Origin: the human T2T-CHM13v2.0 reference genome, Homo sapiens
Direction: 5' to 3' (one strand)
NCBI RefSeq assembly: GCF_009914755.1
Contig: NC_060947.1
Length of the DNA stretch: 64,000 nucleotides
This document shows positions 41,755 to 58,174 of this stretch, one piece after another; position 1 is the first letter of the stretch; every line of letters begins with the position of its first letter. Below the pieces are notes generated by a model. It saw nothing but the letters and a program-made list of their open reading frames with translations, was not told where the DNA came from and made no database searches. Made by a program: the position numbers and the translations under genes.

Positions 41755-43173
41755 AATGTGTACCTCAAATATCTCAGACAGGTCTCAGTGAATTTAGAAA
41801 GTTTATTTTGCCAAGGTTAAGGACATGCCCATGACACAGCCTTAGGAGGTCCTGATGCCATGTGCCCAAGGCTTGGTTTTATACATTTTAGGGAGACATG
41901 AGACATCAATCAATATATGTAAGATATGCAATGGTTTGGTCCAGAAAGGTGGGACAACTTGAAGTGGGGAGGGGGCTTCCAGGTCATAGTTAGATAAGAG
42001 AAAAATGGTTGCATTCTTTTGAGTTGCTGATTAGCCTTTCACTGAATACACAATTTACATGTGAGAGCAGGAAGAGTCACTTATGCTTTAGTCTGACTTT
42101 GTGAAACAATAGGGCAAAGGAAGCAATCAGATATGCATTTGTCTCATGTGAGCAGAGGGATGACTTTGAGTTCTGCCTGTCCTTTGTTTACAAGGAATTT
42201 CTTCATGGGCAAATTGTGAGGAAGGTATGTAGCTTTAAAAAAAAATCTTTGTAGTTATCTTATTTAGGAATAGAATAGGAGGCAGGTTTGCCCAATGCAC
42301 TTCCCAGCTTGACTTTTCCCTTTCGCTTGGTCATTTGGGGGCGATTTATTTTCCTTTCATGGGGTCAATCCATCAAGAAGACATAACAACTGTAAATATA
42401 TATATGTATGTACCCAACATTGGAGCAGCTAAATATATAAAGCAAATATTTACAGAAGACAAGGGAGAAATTGACAGCAACACGGGGACTTCAACACCCC
42501 ATTCTCAACAGTGGACGCATCATCCAGAAAGACAGTCAAAAAGGAAACATTGGACTTAAGCAAAACTCCAAGTCTTTTCTGAGTTCACCTTGGCTTGCCA
42601 CAGCAGGCCACATGACAGGCCATGTGGCAGCCCACTGGATCTCACCTCAGCATCAATTAGAATTTCACTTCAGTTTTTCTTTCTCTTTGCATTTTCTCTG
42701 TAGTAAATTCCTAACCTCCTGCAGTTTTCTCTAGCTCAATAAATGACAACCCCATTCTTTCATCTGCTTGGGCCAAAAACCTCGGAGGCATGCTTGAAGC
42801 CTCACTCTCTCTCTCATCTCATCCAAATCCTAATCAAATCCCATCTGCTCTCCCTTCACATCCCTCCTCCGATCTAAACCTTCTGTTGGCCCCCACTATG
42901 GCCCCCAGGAAGAGCCTAAATCCTTTCAATGGCTCACAATATCTACTCTGCCCCTCGCTTAATCTGGTTTCTCTGAATCTTCACATTAGCATGGTGGCTC
43001 CACAAGAGCTGGGGTTAGATAGCACCATTGCACTCCAGCCTGGGTGACAGAGCAAGACCCCGTCTGTTTGTTACCTGTTCAGTGTCTGGCTCACAGTAGG
43101 TGATCAACAAGTGTCTGTTGAATGAATGATTTCAAACTCAGAACAGCAAAAAGGAAAAGCAAATTAATATATA

Positions 43174-43511
<338 letters not shown>

Positions 43512-43762
43512 TAGAAATACCTTAAATAATTATTATATGGAGAGGTCATTAAATGACTTATGTCATCTCCACTACATTAAAAAAAAAAGCTCATGTTTAA
43601 ATTAGTTTGGGAAATGCTATATATTATACTCCCTTGTGGAGATTAGTATTAGCCTGTTAAAAGTTCTTAGAAGTCCTTGAGCAAAGAAAGATAGCTTTAA
43701 ATTTGTTTAATCCAGCATTTCCCAAACATAACTGACCACAGGGCCCTCACTGTTTTGTGACT

Positions 43763-43768
43763 TTTATT
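43763..43768 (-). terminator. SMIM9: Candidate SMIM9 poly(A) signal AATAAA (another at 43865-43870)
   Basis: AATAAA on minus strand ~390 nt downstream of stop. Confidence 0.5.
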
Positions 43769-44153
43769 AAAACAGAACTATTGTTTCACAGAACAGACTT
43801 TGGAAAACTTGTAATACATATATAGAAAAAAATTGAAGGGAGGTACATCAAGATGTTAATGATGTTTATTTCTGGTTGCTAGAATTATGGAAACTTACTC
43901 TTTTCTCTGTATTTCTCAAATTTTTTTTGCAATAAATATGTATTACTATTATAACCAAAACAGTAATAAGGATATTCACATTTTAAAATTGCAACTTTTG
44001 AAGGAGAAAATGAAAGCAAAGGATGATTCAAGTTGGAAGACGATTTAATTTCAACTGATAGATACTTCCTCATTTTAAGCAGATAGCAAATGCCCCACTC
44101 TTTTGGAGTCCAACTGGAGAGACCACACTTGCCCTGTTGAATCTTCTAGTTCT

Positions 44154-44181
44154 TCAGTGGACTGGATCAACTACAAGAATG
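44154..44181 (-). CDS. SMIM9: SMIM9 last coding exon (ILVVDPVH-stop)
   Basis: ctttcccag| acceptor; 142+130+28=300 nt = 99 aa + TGA. Confidence 0.85.
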
Positions 44182-44474
44182 CTGGGAAAGGAAGATAAAA
44201 TGGTGAATGCTCTGCACAGAGTTGCTATATAATTATATAACCTTTTCAAAGATTGGATTTGACACCAGTTTTTCTCTTAATATGAACCAAATAATTCCAT
44301 ACAAACAAAATACTTTGATGAAAAAGCAGAATAAGAATGTGTTTCCAGTACAGTGGGGCTTGGAGGTAGTGGTATAAGTATGGTTAGGTAGTTTTTCTTC
44401 TTTTGTTTTTAAAGTATCTTTTTAAAAATGAACTGATCAAACAATACAGCTCATTGTAGAAAGATCAGAAAGTG

Positions 44475-44790
44475 GGCCGGGCGCGGTGGCTCACACCTGT
44501 AATTCCAGCACTTTGGGAGGCCGAGGCAGGCAGATCACGAGGTCAGGAGATCGAGACCATTCTGGCTAACAGGGTGAAACCCCGTCTCTACTAAAAATAC
44601 AAAAAATTAGCCTGGCGTGGTGGCGGGCGCCTGTAGTCCCAGCTACTCGGGAGGCTGAGGCAGGAGAATGGCGTGAACCCGGAGGCGGAGCTTGCAGTGA
44701 GCCGAGATCACGCCACTGCACTCCAGCCTGGGCGACAGAGCGAGACTCCGTCTCAAAAAAAAAAAAAAAAAAAAAAGAAAAAGAAAAAAA
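44475..44790 (+). mobile_element. AluY
   Basis: CpG-rich, AluY diagnostics; TSD AGAAAGATCAGAAAGTG. Confidence 0.93.
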
Positions 44791-45507
44791 AGAAAGATCA
44801 GAAAGTGCAATTAGACAGGAAAAACAAAAGTTAACACCACCGCCAATAGTAATAAAACAACCTATTCACTACCACAAGGAGATAACCAATGTCTAATACT
44901 TGGGTTAGGTTCTTAGAGGCTTTCCCCCTATACAATTAGTTTTTAATAAGAAATTAGACTAAACTATATATCTTCTGTTATAATCTGCTTTTTCCACTCA
45001 ATGATATTTCATGAATATGTTTCTGTGTAATTATCCTTAGTACTCAGTGTATGAATGTGCAATACTTTCTTTAGCTAGCCCCAGACTGATGGACATTTAA
45101 GTTTCCATTTCTTCACTATCGTAAACCATACTAAAAATTCCTTGTACACATATCTTTGTGGACTTGTTAGAGCCTGTCAGTCCTCCTGATTTCCACCTCT
45201 GCTTCTGGAATGCTGGGAGATTAGCCAAGCTTCCATGTGCCTCAGGTAATAAGCAGCTAGCTTAAGCCTTCATTACAGCTGCAGCTAATGGTATACACAG
45301 GTGAGTATAGAGGAGGAAGAATGAGGCACAGAGAGGCTGTGTGCAATCCTCACTGTGAAATGTCTTAATTAAAAATCAACAAGTATTACTGAGAGTCTAC
45401 TATGTGCCCAGTAGCAAGTCCCAATTTTTCCTGGGACTTGATGTGTCCTTTATGACCACAGACTCCAGTCTTCTTTAATTTCTGCAACACTTAAAAAATT
45501 ATAACTT

Positions 45508-46501
<994 letters not shown>

Positions 46502-49500
46502 AAAAAATTATAACTTTTTCTTCTGTTGGATTATTTTGGTTCTCTTCATCGAAGAAATCATTCTGTGCCTCCTGCATCTACCATTTCTTCTCTAATCTTA
46601 CTTTCACCAAACTGTTTACTTAATACTGCTTGCCTATATAATCCTATTTTCCATATTTTCTTTCATATTTTGCACCAATGTCTCTTTTTCTTCATGCTTC
46701 CTCATTTTGGTGATAGTTTTACTTTTTGTCTTTTACATTTTTCTTGGGATTTTCCAACTAATTTTCATCTTCTTCTTTTGTTTTGGTATACCTTATCTGC
46801 CCTGTTGTATTTCTGCATATAGCATTTACTATTATTATTATTGAGATGAGGTCTTGCTATGTTCCTAGGCTGGTCTCAAACTCCTGGCCTTAAGCAATCC
46901 TCCTGCCTCAGCCTCTGAAAATGCTGGGATTACAGGCATGTGCCACCATGCCCGACCTTAGCTATTATTTTATATTTTGTATCAAATGTTTTGAATTTAT
47001 GGCAATATGTTAGTACATGGTTTTTATCTGCCCTGAGATATTTTTCTAGTGAGTATTCCTCATCTGCCATTTCTTGCTTATACGTTTCTTGTGTTTTCCA
47101 TATAGTAACTCTGCATAGATCTGGTGCTGTTTCCTGTTGAATGAGGTAAACTCTTACTGGACCAGTTATTTACAGGAGATGTGCACAAGTCCAGAGCTAT
47201 ACTTTGGACTAACAAATTCTCTTCATGATGCTGAGGTATGTGTGAGCTCTTGTAGCCTTTACTTCTTTCCAGTCAAGTGAGAGCAGCAGATGTAGGTCTG
47301 AGCATAAAGAAGTTTCAGACTTTACCTTCTTGCCTCAACAAACTGCTTCTTAAAAATATGGCTTGCCTATATGCTTATTCATTCCAATTTACCTGTTAGG
47401 CTTCTACTTGGTGCCCAACTGGGTCCAGAAATGTTTCTTTCACTAGTTAGCTTGCTTGTTCCCAGCAAGGGCTTATTGGCTTTTCTATTCAGGTTAAGCC
47501 ATCTACTTCAAAGAAGGAATTCTTTTTCTTGGCATATTGCCTGCTTTATCTTCACAGAAGTCCCTCTGAATATTAATTAACCAATACTTCAGATGCTTTT
47601 GATGCAGCTGACCTGCTGACCACAGTTTGAGTAACAATGACTTCAAAGATGTGGAACCAGACATATCTTGATTTGAGTTCCAGCTCCCTTGGTTGGTTGC
47701 TAGGTATACTAGTCAGGGATATTCAGCTGCTATAACAAACAATCCTGAGATCTTAGTAGCTTAACACAATAAAATTGATCCTTCACTCATGCCTCATTCT
47801 GATGTAAGTTAAGTTCTCCTCCACAAGGTGATTCAGGGATCCCAGCTCCTTCCATCATGTGGTTTCACCATCTTAGAGTCCTTCAGTTGAAGCCCTGCAT
47901 ATGTGAAAGAGAGAGGCAGCATGGACACATGTGCAAGACATTTTATGGCTAGGCCTGGAAATGTCATACATTCCTTTTGCTCGTATTTAACTGGCCAAAT
48001 CTCAGTACTGTGGTCCCAGCCTAACTGGAAGGAAGGTTAAGAATATAATGTTACTCTGTGCTTGGGGAAGAAGGAACAGGATTGCTGAACATATAGCCAG
48101 TCTCTGTTACAGTCTGTCTTTCTGATCACCCAGTATCTGTTTCACTTTTCCTTTCATACGTGGAACACAGCCACCCTGTCATGCATATGGAAATATTCCA
48201 CCCATATTTCCGCTTGAGAAAGGCCTTATTTCCCTAGCTGCTGAGAGTGTTGTCAGCAGAAAGCCTCTACCTGTCAGCTCATTCAGAGTCTGCCTCAGCT
48301 GCAGAGAGCTTCCATGTACTTTCTGGGGGCAGCCCACATCCAGTGAATGACTGAGGTGGGGTTAGAGAGGTCCAGCCATTTCAGCCATGTGGGACAACCC
48401 TGATGGGGCCGACTGAGTCTTTGTTGGGCTTGCAAGGCAGTTTGATTTCTCCCTTCCACCCCCTATCTTCCACAGGCATTGATCATTAATTATACTCTGA
48501 ATGCCAAATTCCGGTCTCCCTGTCTAGTTTCAGAATACCTGACTTGTGGCAAACCCTTTCCTCAGTACTAAGTCACACTCATCACTGTGTCCAGCTCAAA
48601 GTCCAGAGTATCTGGGTGATGCTTAGTTCTCTCAAGTCTGAGGGTGGCTCTGCTTGGTTAAGTGACCTATGAACTAAAACGAGTTATATGCTCCTGATCT
48701 CCACACCCCAGAATAATGATGGAACAGGAAGAGGATAAGCACCATAAACATTCCCATTTGGAAATAGGAAGAATGAGAGACACACAGCAGTCACTGCTCT
48801 GTGGCAATCCTGGAGTCCTGGTAGGTAGGCATGGATTAGGCCCAAATCCTGCTTTCAAAGGGTGACTCTGTGGCCCATTGTCCATTCTCTGGGAGGCTCT
48901 ACTGATCCATTATTCTCTATGGCTGCATCTGAAGCAAATGTTGGGACCTTCGAAGCTGGTGTCCTTCTTTTTCATGGAAAGGTGGAGGCCTAACTATTGT
49001 TTACAACAGATGGCTCATTTAGTTCTGGCTTATGGTTTCTCTGGCAATAAGCTTCTCTCAAAAGCTTAGCTGACTTCTAATCTATTTGTCTCCAATCAGT
49101 TCCATGTGCCAGTAACCACATCCAAGGTTGCTTCCTAGACACAGTTCTTGATCCTGTGATCATTTTGAGGTTACAGGAGCCATAGGTGATGCCACACCCT
49201 TAATCTGATCTTTATCCTCAGCCACTTTTATTAGATTTTTGAGCTCTGCAGGACCCCCCATTTCTATTCTCTATTCCCTTTTAGTTCCTCTTGCAAACTG
49301 GCCAACTATTTCCTGACCTCATCTCTTTAACACCTTTGTTGATCACTTTCATAGGTCTCCCCACTTGGACTCTGTCTCCCACAATAGCAATGACCTACCA
49401 ATTTGTAATTTTTAATTGTCTTCTTTCTCTGCCTTTCTAGCAACAAGCACAGAGACAAGCAAGTAGTCATTTGTTGGTAAATACTGACTGAATTAACAAA

Positions 49501-49934
49501 ATTTAGCTCAACTATTTTGTTTTCCTCAGGATTCTTTTGGCTTCATATGATTTATGTAGATAAATATTATGATAAATTTTCAGGAAATTGAGAGCACAGC
49601 TAATTATTTATTTTCTATGTATAGTTCTTGAGCCACAGGGAAGAAAAATTAGGAGTTAATAAAGTTGATAAAAGAAATGACCATTGGAAACACTAGTCAT
49701 TAAATGTGACCTGTCAGTCACTGGTAACAAATGGAGCAAGTTGGAGGAAGTAAAAGAGAAAGTAGACATTTTAAAAGGGGGTTGCATGACCTTTCACAGT
49801 TTTCCTCCCAGAATTGAATTTCTTAAAACTTTCCCTTAATTACAGATATGCAGGCTGGTGAGCAACCTGTTTCTGTTCCCACCCCCCTTCACATTCCCTC
49901 TCTCCTCCCTGTCTCTTCTTCCCACAGAAGCTTA

Positions 49935-50162
<228 letters not shown>

Positions 50163-51044
50163 TCATGTTCTTACAGTTGTCCAGAGCCCATATTCTAAAC
50201 TACTTTGCTGTGCTGGCTGTAAGATGTTCAAAGGGCAAACATTTTGTTTTTAAAGTATCCTGAGATGGATATAATTTTTGCCTCCTTGTAAGTCAAATAG
50301 GAACAATAATTGTTGTTTCGGATATCTTGAGTATATTGGGTACTTTTTGAAAGAGAAGCATGACTTGATAACAAGAAAGTCTTTACTAAGGTGTTGTTGC
50401 CTAGAGTATATCTGGGAGTCCTGCAGGAGGCTGAGGAGAGGGAGTATCCCAGGAAGAGAAAGGAGAAGGCCACCAGCCCTAAGAGCAGAGGAGAAAGGGG
50501 CCAGGGCCACTGGAAGAAGGACCTCTAGGGGGAGTTTGCTGATCAATGTAAGGCTGGGGATGTTGGGTCTTTTCATTAGCAACTGGGGGAGGAAGGTACA
50601 GTGCTTTGACCCTGAAGAAAGAAGGAGGGGAAAACGAAAGTGTCTGCAGCATGGAGTTGAGAGGATTCACCACTAACCAGCAAGACACTTGAATAGCATG
50701 TGTGTGCATGTTGGAACCTAGATTGTGGATCAGTGGACCATCAGGTTTATTTTCAATTTCACCTCCTTTGTCAAGTCTTTCCTGACCCCTCCCCCAAAAC
50801 AATTTAAATTATCCCCTTGTCCCCTGGGAGCATTGATCATACTCCATGGAAGGTTGGCATCTATGGCTTTGTCTGCCTATCTGTGAGCTCCTTCATAACA
50901 GAGGCTGTTCAATTCCTAATCCATGTAGTTCAGAAAAGGGCTTGGTACGTAGTAGGTAGGTTAATGCTTGTTGAACTAAATTGAACCAAACCAGAATAGT
51001 TTGCTTTCCTATGAACATTCTTTTTAAACATGAAATTCATTTTA

Positions 51045-51269
<225 letters not shown>

Positions 51270-53742
51270 TCAGCTGCGGCTGAAGAGCTGGTAATCCTAG
51301 CTCACTCTGCCAAGGAGAGATGTCTTTGTCCGTAGGTCTTTCCACAGAAACTTTGTCTGAAAAGTTAGACAATGATGGTTTAGCTCATATTCCAAAAATC
51401 TTCTCACCATCACGAACATAAGGACAATTGACTGACTTACACAGGTGACTCCTGAAAATGGTCAGTTTCCAAAGCAAAATATATCCCCTCCAAGAAAACA
51501 AAACAAAACCTGACTATGCTCTATCAGGTCAGATACCGGACATTCCTTCCTACACCTGATACCTTTTCAATCTTCCCCAACTCAATTAGTAGAAACTCTT
51601 TCACCTGTTCAGGCTGAAAAAGGTACATTCACATTGTTGTGCAACAGATCTCTAGAACTTTTTCAACTTGGAAAACTGAAACTCTAAACAGCTCCTCATT
51701 TTTGTTTCTATGAATTTGACTACTTTAGATACCAAATATAATAAATTTCTATATATTTTTAACTCCATGATATATTTTATATATTCAAGTAACAAACTTT
51801 AAGTTGCTTTAAAAAGTAAATGTTTGCTTAGATTTACATATATAGTAATGACTCTTCTTTTTCTCTCATACACTTTATCCATCAGAAAAGTCTAGTCACC
51901 TTTACTTACAAAACGTATCCAGAATCCTGCCACTTCACACCACCTCCACTGCTACCCACCATCATCTCTGTCTTTCTGCTTCCGTCCTTGCCTCCCTTAA
52001 GCCTCTTCTCCAGTGAGTGGCCAAAGAGATCTTGGTAGGTTGTAGGTCAGATTATGTCCTAGTTACTGCTGACCACATATCCTATGAGTCTCCTCTTGAT
52101 CATCACTCCAACTTAGCCTCATTTCATTTTGAACAAGCTAGGCATGTTCCTACCTTGGGGCTTTTTAACTTGCTTTTCCCTTTCCAGGGAATGCTTTTCC
52201 CCCAGGTATTCTCAGAATTTATTTCCTCACCTCTGTCAGGTACTCAAATATCACCTTCTCAATGAGGATTTTCCTTAGATCCCATTGTTAAAATTGTACC
52301 ACCCTCCTACAAACTTCCTAATTGTCTTACCTGCTTGATTTTTCTCCAGAACCTCATCAGAACCTAGTAGAATATATTTTACTTTACTTTATTATATGTA
52401 TCTCCTGAATATAATGTAAGCTCTATGAGTGCAGGGATTTTTGTCTGTTTTGTTCACTGCTAAACAGTACCTAGCACATAGGGTATCCAGGTGCTCAATA
52501 AATATTTTTTGAATGAATGGCGACTTTTGGCAGATATTGTTCCCACCCATTTTTCATTTACTACATCCAACTAGATAAGCTGAAAAAGCTGAATCCTCCC
52601 TTTCTTAGCCATCCTTGAAGTTAGGCATGGCTATGTGACATAGCTCTGGATAATGAAACATAAGGGAAATCTGATGGATAGCTTTTGGGAAGGCTTTTTG
52701 CTGTCTTGATAAAAGAGATGGTGCTACCATTTTCCCTTTATGCTGCCTTGAATATTGCTTAAGAAATGTTGCCTGAAGTTGCTCTGATAATTTCAAGCCA
52801 CTAAACTAACACCTGTATCTGCTTACTTCTGGACTGCATGGTATGAGAAAAATATACTTTTATTTGAGCCATTATAATTTGGGCCTCCTATTACTTAAGA
52901 CATTTATAACTGATACACTCACCTACTGTTTGATACGGCTTAAAGAGACCCACATCCAGCGGGAAACCACTTACCTGAAAATGGACTTAGGACCACGGAA
53001 TTCAAAGAAACCAGTGGAATTAGGCCTTAGTCTTTAGAGGGCAGAAGTCTTCAGAAGAAGCTGGTCAGTCTTCTCCTTAGGTCTCTGAAGTTCCAAACAG
53101 AATTCCACCACTCCTTATGATATCACTGATTACATTTAACCCTCCCCCAGTCTCCTTATTTGACAGCTAAGCACACAGACATCATTTTCTCTCTATGTAT
53201 AAACATCTGTGTTGATACCAAAACCCATCCTTGCAGTAGTTCTATCCTCTTAGGCTTGAATAATTCTAAGATATTTTATTCACCACATGGTATCTAACTA
53301 TGCATTATAATAACATATATATGTGGCATTTCATATCAGGGAAAAAGACCTTATTTAATATGATGTTGGGTGTGAGCCCTTTGCCATGCTATGCAAAATA
53401 GAAATTCTAGATGGATCCAGGACTAAACAAAAAATAAAATTATATACAAAATATGACATTTTCTGTCATACTTTTATGATAGAAAATTCTATGTGTGGAT
53501 ATTTTTATAATCTTGGTGCAGAAAAAGCTACTCTAAGCATGTCATAAAACCCAAAGCCATAAATGAAAATGCTGATAAATTTATAACATAAAAATGTAAA
53601 GCTTTCATATAGCAAAACATTGTTTAAAAAAGATAAAAGGTTAATGACAAATTAAGTAATTTCACAGCATATACGACAGACATTCAATTAAGATTGTTAA
53701 CGTACAAAGAACTCTTACAAACTAATTAAAAAGAAATAGTAC

Positions 53743-54205
<463 letters not shown>

Positions 54206-54889
54206 ATAATACTTATCCATAGAAGAACTGGCAAAAATGGTATCTCAGTTAGGTTCTATCAGAAAACAGAGCTACCAGGAAATACATAAAATGAAAGTTT
54301 TTGTAGAGTCCTCCAGTCTCCCCCAGTTTCTTGCTGTGTCATGCTAGAAAATCATGGAGTGGCTTGATCATTCTGTGACCCAGCCAACAGGCCTGAATGA
54401 AAATTAGGACCTTGAACATTCCCAGGCGCTGATAAAGGTGTATCTAGGTTGTGACCCGAAACACTGGAGGAAGCTGGCCCTGGCCCTTGAGCCAAATTCC
54501 TCTAAACCCTCATATGAGCTCCATACCCTGACCTTTCTGTGGAAGGAAAGGTGAGGTGAAGTGGAGAAAGCAAGTATACACTGGAAGCCTGAAAAGAGAA
54601 GAGCCCATGAAATGGACTAAAACCTGCATCAGTCTCATGTTATCTCCAAGCTTCTAACTTCGATGGTGGAGTAACATGCATGAGAAGGTCAGGTGTTTTC
54701 TGAAAGAGCTAAACACACAACTTTTCTAGGATTTGGAGAAGCTAAAAGATCCAGCAGGAGCTGGAGGACCTGCAAACTTGGTCACTGTCCTGTGCCCACC
54801 AGGTAACCCCACAAAATAGTGACAATGTGAATAAGCTGAAAATGAGCATTGTATGCCTGTCTGACTTTTCCATTGTAAAAAGAATATGG

Positions 54890-55110
54890 CTGTCATATAA
54901 GTTAACTTTAGCTGAATGAAAAATGACCTCCAACTTAGCAACTGTGAAGAAAACATTTATTACCTTATAGTTTCTGTAGGTTAGTTTTGGAGTGGATGAT
55001 GAGATTGGAGTCATGTATCTGCTGGGACTGCAGTCATCTGAAAGCTTGACTGTACTGGAGGATCTACTTCCAAGATGGTGCACTCACATGACTATTGCTA
55101 GGATGACCAA
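54890..55110 (-). mobile_element. MaLR (MLT1-type) LTR fragment
   Basis: Minus strand reads ...cctacagaaactataaggtaataaatgtttt...ctaagttggagg, typical of an MLT1 3' end. Confidence 0.65.
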
Positions 55111-55602
55111 AAGTCCCAGCTTGCCTGGGACTCAGGATTGGCTTCATGGGAGTTTGATCTATGCAGGTCTACAGGGCCCCACACCCTGAGGGGCCCTATG
55201 TTTCGTTTGCTCTGATGTCACTGTCTCGAAATTCTTAATAATTTTATCTTTGATCTTGTGTTTTGTAAGGGAAGTTTAATGAGACCGCCTATTTCATCAC
55301 ACTCATTTTCTCCTCCCCACTGACTTTGCCAACATTCTTCTCCCTTTGAGTCTCACTGAACTCTGATGCATTGTGGGTCCACTAGAATGTTATGCTCATG
55401 GGCACTGTATACATTCTTTGCTATTCTATTTGCACATAGTGTTTACAATGCATTTTTGCATTGTTGTAAAACTGTAGTAAGAACACAACGTGGTATCTGC
55501 TCTCTTAACAAATTTTTAAGTGCCCAGTATGGTATCGTTAGCTATATGCACAATGTTGTACATTAGATCTGTAGAACTTAATTCATCTTGCATAACTGAA
55601 AC

Positions 55603-55901
55603 TTTTTTTTTTTTGAGATGGAGTCTCACTCTGTTGCCCAGGCTGATGGAATGCAACGGCACGATCTTGGCTCACTGCAACCTCCACCCGCCTCCCGGGT
55701 TCAAGCGATTCTTGTGCCTCAACCTCCCAAGTAGCTGGGACTACAGGCATGTGCCACCATGCCCAACTAATTTTTATATTTTTATTAGCGACGGGATTTC
55801 GCCATGTTGGCTAGGCTGGTCTTGAACTCCTGACCTCAGGTGATCCGCCCGCCTTGGCCTCCCAAAGTGCCAGGATTACAGGCATGAGCCACTGTGCCCA
55901 G
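55603..55901 (-). mobile_element. Alu (AluS-like)
   Basis: Reverse Alu consensus; flanking repeat GCATA(A/G)CTGAAACTTT. Confidence 0.9.
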
Positions 55902-56189
55902 CAGCATAGCTGAAACTTTATGCCCATTGAACAGAAACTCCCATTTCTCTCTCAGTCTCTCTCTCTCCATATAAGCTGTTCTCCTGGATTGAGGCTCCAT
56001 TTCTGATTTATTTTATTCAGACTCTCATGAATTATATCATTTTTACTCTGAGTTCAATTTAATCTGGTTTTCTAACTCACTAATTTGGTTTTCTAGAGTG
56101 TCCATCTTGCTATTCAGTGCCCCTATTTGTTTTAAAAATCAGTGTTCACATTTTTATTTCCAGTGTAAAAACACAATTCTCAAAGGCAT

Positions 56190-57997
56190 TTGTTTGTATG
56201 TGTCAATGTTTTATTTAACTCATTACTGAAGAAACCAGCAGGAAAATAAAAGAGCTAGTTCCATGAACATTTGAGAAATAGAGATGTATATAGTCAATGG
56301 GAAAAGAATGCCAAAATAAGATTATTAAGTTAAACATAACAGGAAATAAAACCATATCACCTTTGGGGTTAACTCCTCTACCGGGCTATAAAACAAAACA
56401 ACTTATTCATTTCTGTAAGTTAGCCTCTAAACTTTAAGAACTTCACAGGGCTATAAACCATTTGCACCTGCATCATTTGTGGATTGTGACTATACTGTGA
56501 CAGCTATGTTATAGTTTCCAAAGAGGTCAGATAAGGGTCAAGCAGGATTATTAGAAAATACTCCAGCATAGAAAAAAGTAGCCATTCTTTTGCCTTTTCT
56601 CAGATTGGGATCCATTTTTCTTTCATATTAGGATCTCCTGTTTTCCATTTGCCCTGGGTTGCAATCTTTGGATGCTTCCTCCAACTGCTCTATAACTTAT
56701 CCTTGCCTCCAGCCCCCTTTACTATCAGGAGATTCTGTGTAGTCATAGTGAAGGGGTCAGGCAGATGGAAGGAGCAGTAAACCCTTCACAATCTTATGGG
56801 GGTGGAGGGCAAGAAGGGGGATCCTATTGTGTGGTGATATGGCAGACTGGAGTGTTTTTTCTGTTTTCACCAGTCCAATTTTCTTCTGACCTCCTTGATA
56901 TTTCAACTATGTAAGTAGGACTCTAGTTTTCAGTCACGGTATATAATTTCCCCTGTTACATTTTTGTTGTGTTATTTTCAGCAGGAAATTAGTAGAGGGA
57001 GAGAGTAAACTGAGTGCATTATTAGAATTACAAAGTTTGTATCTCCTATCTCAGATAACCATGGATTTTCCTCATATTTCCACAGAAATATTAAATGTAT
57101 GTCCTTTAGAAGCCTAATGTCATCATCATTTTCTTTCTTGGCCATCACAAATTTCAAGAAGACATTGTTATTTTATTTCAAAGCTTTCAACAATTGCATC
57201 CTCCTGACTTATTTTTTTATTGGTCAGAATTAAGACCAAATGGCTTTATATCTATGGACACTCGTCAGAAAAATGCACATTTGCATTTATACAGAATGCC
57301 TTATATAATTTCAGGGGACTTAGGGATTCTTGAACCCCATCTATAATTCTCAGTTTAAGAATGCTAGTTTTGGAGATAAGAATGTGCCCCTCATAATGAC
57401 TAAATAACATAATTATATCTATGTGTAAGGAAGCAGAAACAGACTTTACTGTAGTAGTTATTGTATTCTCTCCATTTTGCAGATTGTCCAAATGATTTGC
57501 CTTTTGACTCCAAGATTGTATTGATCTGATCCTGAAACATGCTTTGTTCCATGCTTGATCAGGATAATAAACAACTGAGAGTTTTATTTTAAACGTATGA
57601 GGCTTAACCTGAAATGTTAACATCATAAATATCTTTTTCAAAGTTTCATCACATAGTTTTTCTACAACAGAGGAAGTGGTGACTCTGAGAGGCCTAACTT
57701 TTCAGGGAAGAATGCTTTCATGCAGGTTTCTCCTCACTTCTTTTTGCCTAGTTATATTGGAAGGAAGGAGTAATCTGGGAGCAGCTGCAGAAAATAGGTA
57801 AGAGTTAAGTTAAATTGGATGCACCCTCCTGGCCCCCCACCAAAGAAATGCAGGACTGATGATAGTTAATTCAGGAGGCTTCAAGGCAGTGTCTGCTAGG
57901 ATTTAGCACAAAGGTAGAAGGCAAGCCAGGGAGGGACACTGCCCTGGAGCTGAGGAGGGAGAGGTGACGGCAGTGGCAGGTGCTGCAGTGGCCACCC
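56190..57997 (-). other. F8: F8 3'UTR (~1.8 kb)
   Basis: Runs from the TGA to the AATAAA at 56215-56210; 3' end approximate. Confidence 0.85.
56210..56215 (-). terminator. F8: F8 poly(A) signal AATAAA
   Basis: AATAAA followed by ACATTGACACATAC, with a GT/T-rich downstream element (ttgtgtttttac). Confidence 0.85.

Positions 57998-58174
<177 letters not shown>

Noticed and set aside
50278-50676. 132-aa plus-strand ORF in a SMIM9 intron
   Set aside because: Purine-rich low-complexity sequence, TTG start, no splice or homology support
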